A DNA stretch of 34,255 nt, taken from the IMG/VR virus record IMGVR_UViG_3300027863_000011, positions 1 to 34,255 of that record; one strand, given 5' to 3'. Positions 22,171 through 31,122 of this stretch are shown piece by piece. Origin of the DNA: a virus. The position numbers and the translations under genes are program-made. Every line of letters starts with the position of its first letter. Positions within the stretch are counted from its first letter, which is position 1. Under the pieces are notes generated by a model. That model ran no database searches and was not told where the DNA came from. It saw nothing but the letters and a program-made list of their open reading frames with translations.

Positions 22171-22444
22171 CGTTTATTCCCCACTCTTTGCAAAGCCGCT
22201 CTATGGCATTGACCAACATCTGCTGTGACTCCACGACGTGCTCAAGGTGGTTTAGTATGATTTGGTCCCTGTTGGTCATCGCAATGTTAATCTTTTCCAG
22301 GGTCTTCAGCAGTTCTTTGTTCGTCTGTTTCAGGCAGTCTATTCCGGTGGAGACCCTGCCCAGCACGAAACGGAGGAGTAGCAGAAAGGCGACGATAAGT
22401 GCCGTCGCCTCCGTCATCCGATAAATCCACTGCGCATCCATCAT
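22157..22444 (-). CDS. Putative holin-like membrane protein (one TM helix + coiled coil)
   Basis: MMDAQWIYRMTEATALIVAFLLLLRFVLGRV followed by a charged helical tail. It is upstream of the endolysin, has an ATGA overlap with the preceding gene, and has locally low GC. Confidence 0.45.
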   Translation of the reverse strand: MMDAQWIYRMTEATALIVAFLLLLRFVLGRVSTGIDCLKQTNKELLKTLEKINIAMTNRDQIILNHLEHVVESQQMLVNAIERLCKEWGINGGKQ

Positions 22445-23781
22445 GGCAACACCCCCGCCTTAAGACGGCCGATTGCTTCCAACCAAAGGGCATGCCCCTG
22501 AATCGGGGTTCCTCCCACATCCCAGACAAAAACAGTGACGCTGCCTTCTCTCTCGTTGCTTACCGAAGCGGTCATCCACGTGTTCGTGGAAGAAGCAGGC
22601 TGGACCCGTATATACAGCAGCTGCTCGAACAGCCCTTCCGGGAAGAACACGCTGTAACCGCCGTATCTCGCCCCGGCCCCTACGTAGCCTGGGTAGGTGT
22701 AAGGGTCCACGTATACATATCCCTCCAACAGCCCGAACCCCCCACCGGCGTTGAGGGAGTCCCCGTCCAGGTCGAACAGGCAGGCCGTTCTACGGAGCCG
22801 GTAGTGGCAGGCGTCGGAATAGGACTGCAGGAGAGTCGAGGACAAAGGCGTGGAGCTCGTGGCCTCGGTCAGCGAAAACCCACGGTTCTGCGGCGTGATG
22901 GGCAACACGCCGGAAGCCAAAAGCCCGCGTGCTCTAATCCAGAGGGCATGCACCTGGATGGGCGTGAGCCCGGAATCCCAGACGAAGACCGTGAAGCCGG
23001 AGGTGGTGGCGTTGTTGACCGTCGCCAGGATAGCCCCGTTCGCCCCGCTTGCCGCCTGGATGGAAAGGCCGATGAGCTGGCTGAAAACGGGCGGTAGGGA
23101 AACCGAGTAGGTCCCCCAGTGATAACCGGACCCGTTATAGCCTGGGTAGGTCGCCGGGTCCACCAGGAGATAACCCACCACCTCGCCTATCCCATAGCTA
23201 CCGACCCAGGCCGCCCCGTCCGTGTTCCGGTAGTATGGTACTGCCAGGTGCTGGTAGCTGATGGTCTGTCCCAGGCGGTTCAGCCAGTAGGCGGATACCG
23301 GATGGCCCGAGAACGGGGGCCAGAAGTCCGGCGTGAGCCCGTTGGGGAGAACACCGGCAGCTGGGCCGGAGGCGGTTATCCATAAGCCGAAGGGGTCCGA
23401 GATGGGGGTTCCCCCGGCGTCGCACACCACTACCAGTACCCCATCTTCGCTTTCGTTGGAGACGGTCGCCAGAAGCGCGGCATTGGAGCCGTATTGGGGT
23501 TGGAGCTGGACGTTCCTTAAACTGGAAAGCACCGGCGGGAAGGGCAGAGGAAACACACCATACCGCTCCCCGGCGTGCTGGTAGCCCGGGTAGGTGTCGG
23601 GGTCGATTTCGGCATAGCCGGAGATGCACACCTGACCCTGGGTGAGTATTTTCCCTTGCATGGAAAGCGTGTGGGGTTGCCTTTCCCGCAGCCACCGTAT
23701 GGCGTTGGTGAGTTTTTCGATTTTGGCTTGGGTCAAGACCTCCCCGGTATTCCACTCCGGTAGTTCGGGGTTGGGGAGCAT
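22441..23781 (-). CDS. Receptor-binding / tail fibre protein built from three tandem ~150-aa units (helix + lectin-like beta-sandwich)
   Basis: GGAGGT plus 6 nt precedes the ATG at 23781 (MLPNPELPEWNTGEVLTQAKIEKLTNAIRWL, a typical fibre N-terminus). The three repeats each end in GVLP: GYAEIDPDTYPGY..., GYLLVDPATYPGY..., GYVYVDPYTYPGY.... Confidence 0.7.
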   Translation of the reverse strand: MLPNPELPEWNTGEVLTQAKIEKLTNAIRWLRERQPHTLSMQGKILTQGQVCISGYAEIDPDTYPGYQHAGERYGVFPLPFPPVLSSLRNVQLQPQYGSNAALLATVSNESEDGVLVVVCDAGGTPISDPFGLWITASGPAAGVLPNGLTPDFWPPFSGHPVSAYWLNRLGQTISYQHLAVPYYRNTDGAAWVGSYGIGEVVGYLLVDPATYPGYNGSGYHWGTYSVSLPPVFSQLIGLSIQAASGANGAILATVNNATTSGFTVFVWDSGLTPIQVHALWIRARGLLASGVLPITPQNRGFSLTEATSSTPLSSTLLQSYSDACHYRLRRTACLFDLDGDSLNAGGGFGLLEGYVYVDPYTYPGYVGAGARYGGYSVFFPEGLFEQLLYIRVQPASSTNTWMTASVSNEREGSVTVFVWDVGGTPIQGHALWLEAIGRLKAGVLP

Positions 23782-24299
23782 TACGATACCTCCGTTACCA
23801 GCTCTATCCCGGGCATTTCTCCTGTATAGGCCAGGCCACAATTCGTTCTGGTGGCTGCCGTGACCGTAGATTCTGGTTGGGATACGGCAGACATCACCCC
23901 CATTGAGGAATCCAGGACGGGCTTACGCTGGCGAGTGATGTTGAATGGTATAGCGCGCCGCCACTGCTCCCCCACACAAACCCACAGCCCTTCCCAAAAA
24001 TTGGTTCTAATCCAGACCCCCACCTTTACCCTTACCCCGGGCTCTGCCAAAGCCCGCCATTTTCCATCCACCACTACCCATAGATACGGGGAGGGAACCA
24101 GGCGCACGGCAGGCATCTCCCCCGTAAGCTCAAAATCTGCCAAGTGGCGGGGGGCGTCCTCGGCGACGGTGGTCAAGGAAAGGCCGGGGTGCTCTCCGGT
24201 TATCTCCTCGACATTCTCCCGTCGGGTCGCATCCGTTACTGTGGTGGCGACCTCCTCGGCTGCTATCTCTCCATACTCCGAGGCAGTATATTCCGCCAT
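23781..24299 (-). CDS. Hypothetical tail-tip associated protein (172 aa)
   Basis: Position within the tail-tip block, and TAATG coupling to the downstream fibre gene. No motif recognised. Confidence 0.5.
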   Translation of the reverse strand: MAEYTASEYGEIAAEEVATTVTDATRRENVEEITGEHPGLSLTTVAEDAPRHLADFELTGEMPAVRLVPSPYLWVVVDGKWRALAEPGVRVKVGVWIRTNFWEGLWVCVGEQWRRAIPFNITRQRKPVLDSSMGVMSAVSQPESTVTAATRTNCGLAYTGEMPGIELVTEVS

Positions 24300-24300
24300 T

Positions 24301-24918
24301 TCAACCTTCCGGGAACTCCAGAGTGAGGGTATAGGTGGCGGTCAATGATTGCGCATCCGCAACATCAATCGCCGAAGGCAGGACATCGCGTACCAAGAGG
24401 ATACGATTATAGGGCTGGTAATAATACGCCAGCCCGATTTCGGTGACTGTTATGCTTCCCCCGCTATTATTGACGGCGGCGCGGCTTATCTCGACCGTCC
24501 AGGTATTAGTACCCCCATCCCAGGTCGGGACTACTGTGGTCTCCTGATACTCCATTTGATTAGTCCCGGTACCGTTTTCTATTTTTTGCGAGAGGACATA
24601 ATCATCCAGGCTGAACGGGGAGGAACCCCTCCCGAATAAGATGCCGTATTCGGTATTACCGGCTCCGGCAGCCACCCCCCCGCTGCCGCGTTCGTTTCCC
24701 GTGCTGCCGCTCATGTTTTTGAACAGGGTGGTCCCCTCACCGTATGTGCCGCTGACCCGCACATCGGCCCACCACATGGATATTTGGTTATACGCATTCC
24801 GCACCCACGAATGGGCGGGGAAGCGGTAGACGCGGCCCTTGGTAACCAACACCCATTCCGCCACTGGTATGACGATACCCCGGGCCTTCATCCGTTCTAC
24901 CAATTGCCTGGTATTCAT
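24301..24918 (-). CDS. Tail-tip/baseplate-associated protein, paralog B (205 aa)
   Basis: AAGGAGGAAGC precedes the ATG at 24918. It shares HSWVRNAY, a Gly-rich loop and the ...ITVTEIGL...RD.L...I.V...Q.L...YT... tail with the upstream gene. Confidence 0.6.
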   Translation of the reverse strand: MNTRQLVERMKARGIVIPVAEWVLVTKGRVYRFPAHSWVRNAYNQISMWWADVRVSGTYGEGTTLFKNMSGSTGNERGSGGVAAGAGNTEYGILFGRGSSPFSLDDYVLSQKIENGTGTNQMEYQETTVVPTWDGGTNTWTVEISRAAVNNSGGSITVTEIGLAYYYQPYNRILLVRDVLPSAIDVADAQSLTATYTLTLEFPEG

Positions 24919-24927
24919 GCTTCCTCC

Positions 24928-25638
24928 TTACGAGGTCGGAAGTTGGGGTCCATAGATGGTATAGGTAATCTGCAGCTGTTCTCCGTTGGCAACATTTATG
25001 GCGGTTTCCAGCAAATCCCGAATAGCCAGGTACGAGTCTATGCGGTTCCCCACATAGGCGTACATATGCATCCCGACTTCTGTCACTGTGATGGTGTTGC
25101 CGCTGCTGTTCAACAGGTTGCGCACGTATTCTGCTTTGAACCGCCGGGAAGCGGGATCCCAAGAGAACGAATAAGACGTTAAGCCATAACTCATCTTCCC
25201 GGCCCCGGTACCGTGTGGGATGATACTGTCTAATTGCCAGGCGCCAAAACTTTCCGCGGCGTTACCAGTGCCCGCCACAGGGCCTTTTCCGGTGTTACCT
25301 GCGGAACCCACGTAAATGTATTCGGAATACGGTGTGGAAATATCTGGGAGTTTGTCTGTCCCGGATATCGTTCTGATGTACAATCCACCCTCGCCATAAA
25401 ACTGGTATTCAGTCGGGACAGACATGCGCAATATGCAGTTCAGTGCCTGAATATATGCATTACGCACCCAAGAATGTGAGATGTCCCTATAGACCAGACG
25501 AGGGGAAAGGGGGTCTTTGCCCACCAGCAGCTGGTAAGTAGCCAAAGCCGGGGGCATATGATGGAGTTTCAGGGCCTCCCTTTCCAAATCTAACAATTCT
25601 GCCCATTCCTTCGGGTCTATATCTTTGATGATTTTCAT
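24928..25638 (-). CDS. Tail-tip/baseplate-associated protein, paralog A (236 aa)
   Basis: GGGAGGCAGC precedes the ATG at 25638 (MKIIKDIDPKEW...). It contains HSWVRNAY and ...ITVTEVGMHMY...IRDLLETAINVANGEQLQITYTI. Confidence 0.6.
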   Translation of the reverse strand: MKIIKDIDPKEWAELLDLEREALKLHHMPPALATYQLLVGKDPLSPRLVYRDISHSWVRNAYIQALNCILRMSVPTEYQFYGEGGLYIRTISGTDKLPDISTPYSEYIYVGSAGNTGKGPVAGTGNAAESFGAWQLDSIIPHGTGAGKMSYGLTSYSFSWDPASRRFKAEYVRNLLNSSGNTITVTEVGMHMYAYVGNRIDSYLAIRDLLETAINVANGEQLQITYTIYGPQLPTS

Positions 25639-25652
25639 GCTGCCTCCCGCCG

Positions 25653-25871
25653 TCACTCGACATAACGGATGTACAGAGAACCATCAGGAAGTCCCGCAGG
25701 GTCGGGCGGCGTCTCCGTCGTGCCGAACAGAACTACCACAGGGATGACCCGTGCCCCGGAAACCGCACCCCCAGAATAATTTTCCGCTACTTTCGTCTCC
25801 AGTCGCCGGAGGCGGTGCTCGATGCCCCCCTCTTTCCACACGATGACGTCTTCCGGAATCCCAGTGCTCAT
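25653..25871 (-). CDS. Hypothetical small protein (72 aa)
   Basis: ATGA overlap with the upstream stop; lies within the tail block. Confidence 0.45.
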   Translation of the reverse strand: MSTGIPEDVIVWKEGGIEHRLRRLETKVAENYSGGAVSGARVIPVVVLFGTTETPPDPAGLPDGSLYIRYVE

Positions 25872-27646
25872 GCCCCCACCACCTCCACTTTCATGCTGTC
25901 GCCCGCGCCGAGGGAAATCGAGGTCACCAGATAGGCCGCGCTAATCCCCAGGCGGTCGGAATTGACGGTAATCCTGTCTCCGGCCTCCCAGTGGGGGCGC
26001 GGGGGGAGCTCCAAGGTCAGCCGGTGCTTGGCCTGTGATAAGTAGGAGAGGATTTGCTGGGCGAACGTCGCCCCCGCGGTCTTGTCCCAAACCGGGGACT
26101 GGAGGCGAAGTTCCCGTATCCCCATCCGCCTGCTCAAGCCCTCATCTTCCGACGCCGCCTCCATGTCGTACAGCAGCAGGGGCTGCCCGAGCACGGTCAG
26201 GGACTCGTCATCTTCGCCCCCGCTCGCGGTTATCTCGGCCCTCCACTCGTCGCAGCTGAAGGCGGACACCGTGCCTGAAAAGTCGATGCCCGAGACCGCC
26301 AACACGGGGGCTTTGGAAAACTCAGTCTCCCTTGCCTCTCCCGTGATTTCTTCGTGCCTCAGTCCCCCGACTTCCTGACAGGGACCCCTGGAGGGCTGCC
26401 GCCATCTGACCACCACGCGGCTGCACGGCTCCAGATTGCCGACCTCCGGCAAAGAAAGGAGGTCGACATCCGAGACCCCCGCCACGGGGGTGGGGGTCGC
26501 CGTCCGGCGTCGTATCCTCAACTTCCCGTCCAGGCCGAACCAGACGTGGTGCAGGCTGGCCTGCGCCAAATCGTTCAGGGCCCTTGTCGGGTCTTCCCCT
26601 TCCAGCAAGACGTAGTCGTGTACCGTGGTGTCCGCGGTGGAATCGACCACGATGTCCTCGTTGTTCGTCCAGGCGACATGGGCGAGGTACCGCAGGGCGT
26701 CCACTATCGAGGCTTCTCCGAACAAGTGGGCCTCGAACCCCCGCCCCGCCATGAAGGCCATCCGGTCACGCGCCCGCACGGAGACGGTCTTCGCCTGCCG
26801 GACCCATTCGTCGGCGAAGAACTCCCCCTGGGGGACCCACTCCCAACCCTCGGAGGTGTACAGGCCCCACCACGGACGGAGGCGTACGTTCGGCAGCAGG
26901 TAAGGGGTGTAGTCCTCCAGTCCATCCAGATAAATCTCCGCCGCCAAGTCCGAGGTCGCCACCGTGCCCAGCGGGTAACCAACAGCGGCGAGGAACTCCA
27001 GGCGACGCGCCACGTCCATCCGGATGATGGTGTCCCCTTCGTATGTCTCCTCCCAGACGGCGTCCACCTCGGCGAGGCGGGCGTGGTCGCTGGGTTGGCT
27101 GGTGGAAAGTATTTCCACCCGCAGGGCGCGGAGGGATAGGCGAGAGGGGAGGGAAGCCTCCAGGAAATAGTCGGTCAGCTCATACTCCCCCAGAGTGGTC
27201 CATTCCGCCGCCCCCTCGAGGCGGTATTTAATCCTCACCCCGGCAATACGGGGATAGTAGCGAGTGGAGACCACCCGGACCTTATTGGCGGCCCGCAGCC
27301 GGTCGGTAGGATACCAAACCTCCACATAAGGCGGGGTGGAAAAGCCCCCGGAGTTATCGGAGGTCTCCAGTGACCACCAGCCTGGGTTCAATACCCCGGT
27401 CTCCGGTATCGGGTACCACGCCCCGTCCGCGGTACACCCATTGTCCAACACACAGTAGGGGCGGCATTCGGGGACGCCGGTTACCAGGTTTTGGGCGGAG
27501 AGGGCGGAGGCGTAATCCCCGCTGGAGCTGGCGGTCGGGGCGGGTTCGGTGGCGTTGGAGGTCCAACTCACCGTCAACTTCCACCGCCACTTCCGAACCG
27601 AGGCGGCGAGAGCCGACCGAAACGCATTGGAAACAGGCCAGGCCAT
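25868..27646 (-). CDS. Tail tip protein (Dit/Tal position) with a discoidin/galactose-binding-like insertion
   Basis: GGAGGAAATCTA precedes the ATG at 27646 (MAWPVSNAFRSALAAS...). It lies downstream of the tape measure. The segment GWWSLETSDNSGGFSTPPYVEVWYP...NKVRVVSTRYYPRIAGVRIKYRLEGAAEWTTLGEYEL resembles an F5/8 type C carbohydrate-binding module. Confidence 0.55.
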   Translation of the reverse strand: MAWPVSNAFRSALAASVRKWRWKLTVSWTSNATEPAPTASSSGDYASALSAQNLVTGVPECRPYCVLDNGCTADGAWYPIPETGVLNPGWWSLETSDNSGGFSTPPYVEVWYPTDRLRAANKVRVVSTRYYPRIAGVRIKYRLEGAAEWTTLGEYELTDYFLEASLPSRLSLRALRVEILSTSQPSDHARLAEVDAVWEETYEGDTIIRMDVARRLEFLAAVGYPLGTVATSDLAAEIYLDGLEDYTPYLLPNVRLRPWWGLYTSEGWEWVPQGEFFADEWVRQAKTVSVRARDRMAFMAGRGFEAHLFGEASIVDALRYLAHVAWTNNEDIVVDSTADTTVHDYVLLEGEDPTRALNDLAQASLHHVWFGLDGKLRIRRRTATPTPVAGVSDVDLLSLPEVGNLEPCSRVVVRWRQPSRGPCQEVGGLRHEEITGEARETEFSKAPVLAVSGIDFSGTVSAFSCDEWRAEITASGGEDDESLTVLGQPLLLYDMEAASEDEGLSRRMGIRELRLQSPVWDKTAGATFAQQILSYLSQAKHRLTLELPPRPHWEAGDRITVNSDRLGISAAYLVTSISLGAGDSMKVEVVGA

Positions 27647-28029
27647 TAGATTTCCTCCAGGCGGACACTCACGGACCACACCCACCGGCCCCCGGCCCGG
27701 AAGGCGATAGCCTCACTGTATTCGCCAGGGGGGATTATCATCTGATAATCCTGGAAAGAACTGGCATTCTCATATACCCGCACGGTGACGGGGGCCATCG
27801 CCTCATACAGGGCCTTGAGGTCATCACGCCCCAGATAGCCGGAGATGGTCCCCGGCAGGTAGTCCCACCGCAGTTCTATGCGCAGCTTCAGGTCATCGGA
27901 TACGTCGAGATGCAGACTCCCGTCTATGCTGCGGTGCACCTCCCCTACGGGGGCGCGGGACTTGGAGATTCTCCGGCTCCCCTCGAAAACCGGCGTGCCG
28001 TTTATGTACACCATGGGAGAAGCCGCCAT
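27646..28029 (-). CDS. Small tail protein directly after the tape measure (possible minimal distal tail protein)
   Basis: Called by position only. TAAATG junction with the TMP and TAATG junction with the next gene. Confidence 0.4.
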   Translation of the reverse strand: MAASPMVYINGTPVFEGSRRISKSRAPVGEVHRSIDGSLHLDVSDDLKLRIELRWDYLPGTISGYLGRDDLKALYEAMAPVTVRVYENASSFQDYQMIIPPGEYSEAIAFRAGGRWVWSVSVRLEEI

Positions 28030-30648
28030 TTACACCACCCCCGCCGCGCGGGCCAGGCGCGGGCCATACTTGAACTGGATTTTCCTTGCCAATTCCTCCC
28101 AGGAGCGGTCGTCGGATATTATGGTCCCCACGTGGATGTTGATTACCGCCCCCGCCCCGGCCTTGGGCTGCGGGGCGGCTGCCGCAGGAGCGGGCCGCAG
28201 CGTGGCGGTCATGGTGGGGAGGAACTTTAACGATGCGCTCGTCGCTAAGGCGGCGGCCCCCACCTCCATCTCCCGCTTCACCCCCTCCAGGGCTTTCCTG
28301 TAGAGTTGGGGGGCCCATACGTCCACGGCAGGAGAACCCTCCAGCCGCAGAAGGCGGTTCATGGTCATGGCGAAACGTTGTGCTTCCGTCCTTGCGTTTG
28401 TCCCCGCTGGACCAGAGAATGAAGCCGCTATTCTGTTTAATGCTGCGTCATAGGTGTAACGCACCCCGGAAATCTCTCCTTCGGTTAGGCCGAGGCCCTG
28501 GGCGATTTGCTGGGAAAGTTTGTCAGCTGCGTCACGGGTAAGTCTCCCCGCTGCCACCATGGCGTTTATCAATTCCTGGATACTCACCCATGCCCGACGA
28601 CGGATATCCGGGTCGGCGGAAGAATATGCCTGCGCCGTCAGTTGTGCTATCTCTGCAGCCTTCGCCGGGGGCAGCCCGCCTGCTATAGCCATCCCCTGGA
28701 GATATGCGTTGAGGGCCTCGACCGCCGCCTGCTGCACCTGGGGGTTCCCGGACCGCAGAGCCGACGTGATGTTGCTGGGCAGCTCCCCGAAGGTTTTGGC
28801 GGCCTCCTCTGCCTCTTGCTTAAGACACCCGGTTTTGGCCTTCAGCTCTAACAGGGCCTCCCCGGCGGCCTGGGCCTGGCGGCGGAAGTTCTCGGCCATC
28901 TCCACGTCCTGCACCTGGTCGGCGGCGTTGTACAATTCCGCCATGCGCGCGGCGAGATAATCTATTGCAGCTTTGGCGTCGGTAAGAGAGGCAATCGCCA
29001 GCTTCTCCGCCCACTCCTGGTTGGAGAAAGCCTTGTATTGCTCCACCAGGCCCTCGTATTCCTGCCGGACGCCCACCACCTCGTTGCGGTGGGCTTCGGC
29101 GACTTCTGCCAGCTTCTTCCTGCGGTCGATTACGATGTTCGCCAGCTCCTCCTGCGCCGCAGCCTCACGGTGGAGGGCCTCTATCTCCATCTCCGACCAT
29201 TGATTGATTTGGTTGGCAATCCAATTCCCTATCCCAGACCCCATCCAGTAACCCATGATTCCGGAGACGAGAGCGCCTCCCACAGCCATACCCACGGAAC
29301 TGGCAGAAAGGGTCAAGGGGGCGGTAAGACTGGAGATGGCGGTGGACAGGGTACCGGGAAGGCCAGAAGCCCCGGCTGCGGCAGCCCCGCCCAGCCCCAT
29401 GAGGCTGGAACCCAGATTGGAGATAGCGGAGAAGAGAGAGGAGATAGCGGAGAAGAGAGAGGAGATGCCGGATACGACCTTTGTGGCAATCAAGGCATAG
29501 ACGATGCCTTGAATGAGCCCTAACTTATCGGCAATCTCGATAAGGGGAGTGATGACCTTGAGGGCGGCATCGATAAGGGGGATGGCTATCTGCAGCAGAC
29601 GGTCGAGAAGGTCCACGAACTCCCCGCCCACAGCATCCACGATACGGGCGATGCTGTCAACAATGCCGGATTTCACCAAGGAATCCGCCGCCCGGCCTAT
29701 CACATCCACAAGCCGGGTCACCAGGTCGAGGAAGACCGGGGACAGCTTCTCCACCAGCTGCCCGAACACATCTACCAGGGGTTTAGCGGCCTGGAAGAGT
29801 TCCAGGATGACGGGGGCCATGTCGGCGAAGGACTGCGCAATCGACTGGATGACGCCCCGGAAATCCTCGCCCTCCAGGAAGGAGATGGCCTCCTCCAGGA
29901 CCGGCTTGAAGGCGGGAAGCAAGGACTGCCCGGCGTCCGCCATGGCCTTGGTGAAGGCGTCTTTCATGTTGGAAAGCATGCCTTCCCAGGTCTGGGACAT
30001 CTTCTCCATAGCCCCGCCATAACGGTCGTTCCAGATGGCGGTGAGGGTGGAGGCAATCATCTCGCGGTTGTTCTTGTCCACAACCACGCGCTGTTGCTTC
30101 CCAGACTTGTCAACATAATCGAGGGCCACCTTGGCCCCGTCCACGGAGGCCTTGATACCGAACTCCTTCAGCCGCTCGAACTCACCCGTGGTAGCATCCG
30201 CCAGGGCCTCTACCGCCATATTGACATCCTTGCCCAGGGCGGCTGCGGTGTCGCCGAGGACCCGCATATATTTCTCGGCGGAGAACCCATAGGCTTCCAG
30301 CTTGGTCGCCGCCTCCATGAGACCGGGAAGCTCAAACGGGGTCTTGGCGGCGAATTCCCGGAGCCAGTTCAGCTTTTGGGCGGCAGTCTCGGCGGAGCCG
30401 GTTACCGTCTCGAGGATGGCGGCGTATCTTTCGACCTCGCCCGCCCCGGAAAGCATGCGCTTTCCGGCCATGACCGAAGCAGTCCCGATGGCGGCAAAGG
30501 AGGCAGCCGTGGTGGCGGCAGCCACTTTGAAGGCGTGTCCCAGCCGGTCCCCTACCCTGTGGGCATGCTGCGAGACCTCCTCCAGGGCCTTTTTGGCTTC
30601 CTTGGCGTCGCCGGTTATCTTTACCCGTACTTCCTTATCCTTTGCCAT
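28030..30648 (-). CDS. Tail tape measure protein
   Basis: It is the second-longest ORF in the genome (after the primase-helicase) and lies directly after the G/GT chaperones. Features: AAKTPFELPGLMEAATKLEAYGF core motif, a long helical region, and a Gly/Ala-rich hydrophobic segment (GLGGAAAAGASGLPG...GGALVSGIMGYWMGSGIGNWI). Start placed at the ATG at 30648 (MAKDKEV). Confidence 0.9.
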   Translation of the reverse strand: MAKDKEVRVKITGDAKEAKKALEEVSQHAHRVGDRLGHAFKVAAATTAASFAAIGTASVMAGKRMLSGAGEVERYAAILETVTGSAETAAQKLNWLREFAAKTPFELPGLMEAATKLEAYGFSAEKYMRVLGDTAAALGKDVNMAVEALADATTGEFERLKEFGIKASVDGAKVALDYVDKSGKQQRVVVDKNNREMIASTLTAIWNDRYGGAMEKMSQTWEGMLSNMKDAFTKAMADAGQSLLPAFKPVLEEAISFLEGEDFRGVIQSIAQSFADMAPVILELFQAAKPLVDVFGQLVEKLSPVFLDLVTRLVDVIGRAADSLVKSGIVDSIARIVDAVGGEFVDLLDRLLQIAIPLIDAALKVITPLIEIADKLGLIQGIVYALIATKVVSGISSLFSAISSLFSAISNLGSSLMGLGGAAAAGASGLPGTLSTAISSLTAPLTLSASSVGMAVGGALVSGIMGYWMGSGIGNWIANQINQWSEMEIEALHREAAAQEELANIVIDRRKKLAEVAEAHRNEVVGVRQEYEGLVEQYKAFSNQEWAEKLAIASLTDAKAAIDYLAARMAELYNAADQVQDVEMAENFRRQAQAAGEALLELKAKTGCLKQEAEEAAKTFGELPSNITSALRSGNPQVQQAAVEALNAYLQGMAIAGGLPPAKAAEIAQLTAQAYSSADPDIRRRAWVSIQELINAMVAAGRLTRDAADKLSQQIAQGLGLTEGEISGVRYTYDAALNRIAASFSGPAGTNARTEAQRFAMTMNRLLRLEGSPAVDVWAPQLYRKALEGVKREMEVGAAALATSASLKFLPTMTATLRPAPAAAAPQPKAGAGAVINIHVGTIISDDRSWEELARKIQFKYGPRLARAAGVV

Positions 30649-31107
30649 AAATTTCCAACTCCTCCTCCAAAAGGGCGAGGTCATCGATGAGCATGTGCAA
30701 GATGGTGTCGAAGGGTTGGTGGGAGAGCAGGGAGAGGCGGATTAGGTGCCGTCTCCAGGAGAGCTCAAAATCTTCTCCGCCTCTCCCCGCATCAGCTTCG
30801 CGCCCTCCGGGCTCTGTAAAAAATCGAGGACTTGTTTGGCGAACGCCTTGGGCAGGTTGGCGAGGTTTTCTCCCTTCGCCCGCCCGGCCTTTGCTATGAG
30901 GATATTCCATGCGTCATCCAGGGTCAGCTGCTCTGCATCCAACCCGGGCGCCCAGGCATCCACTATATCCTTAACAACCTTGAGAAGCTCATCCCCGTCG
31001 GAAGCGAGCAGGCGGGTTGCGTGCTGCATGACACGGGAGAATTCCCCAGCCCGGCAGCCCACGATATCCACCGAACGGTTTATCCCTTCCAGAAATACGG
31101 AGCGCAT
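30635..31107 (-). CDS. Tail assembly chaperone -1 frameshift product (gpGT analogue)
   Basis: The -1 frame stays open from the slippery site to 30635 and reads FFTEPGGREADAGRGGEDFELSWRRHLIRLSLLSHQPFDTILHMLIDDLALLEEELEIYGKG, ending inside the TMP start region. Confidence 0.65.
30742..31107 (-). CDS. Tail assembly chaperone (gpG analogue)
   Basis: 121 aa, between the major tail and tape measure genes. GAGGAGG precedes the ATG at 31107. Confidence 0.75.
   Translation of the reverse strand: MRSVFLEGINRSVDIVGCRAGEFSRVMQHATRLLASDGDELLKVVKDIVDAWAPGLDAEQLTLDDAWNILIAKAGRAKGENLANLPKAFAKQVLDFLQSPEGAKLMRGEAEKILSSPGDGT
30817..30823 (-). promoter_or_regulatory. -1 programmed ribosomal frameshift heptamer U_UUU_UUA
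   Basis: The minus strand reads GAT TTT TTA in the G frame, which is X_XXY_YYZ = T_TTT_TTA. It lies 25 codons before the G stop. Confidence 0.65.
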
Positions 31108-31122
31108 GGCGTCCTCCTCATG

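Noticed and set aside
22444-23619. The possibility that the repeated fibre domains are targets of a diversity-generating retroelement.
   Set aside because: There is no reverse transcriptase gene and no non-coding template repeat matching a fibre segment. The repeats are diverged at all codon positions rather than at adenine-specific sites.
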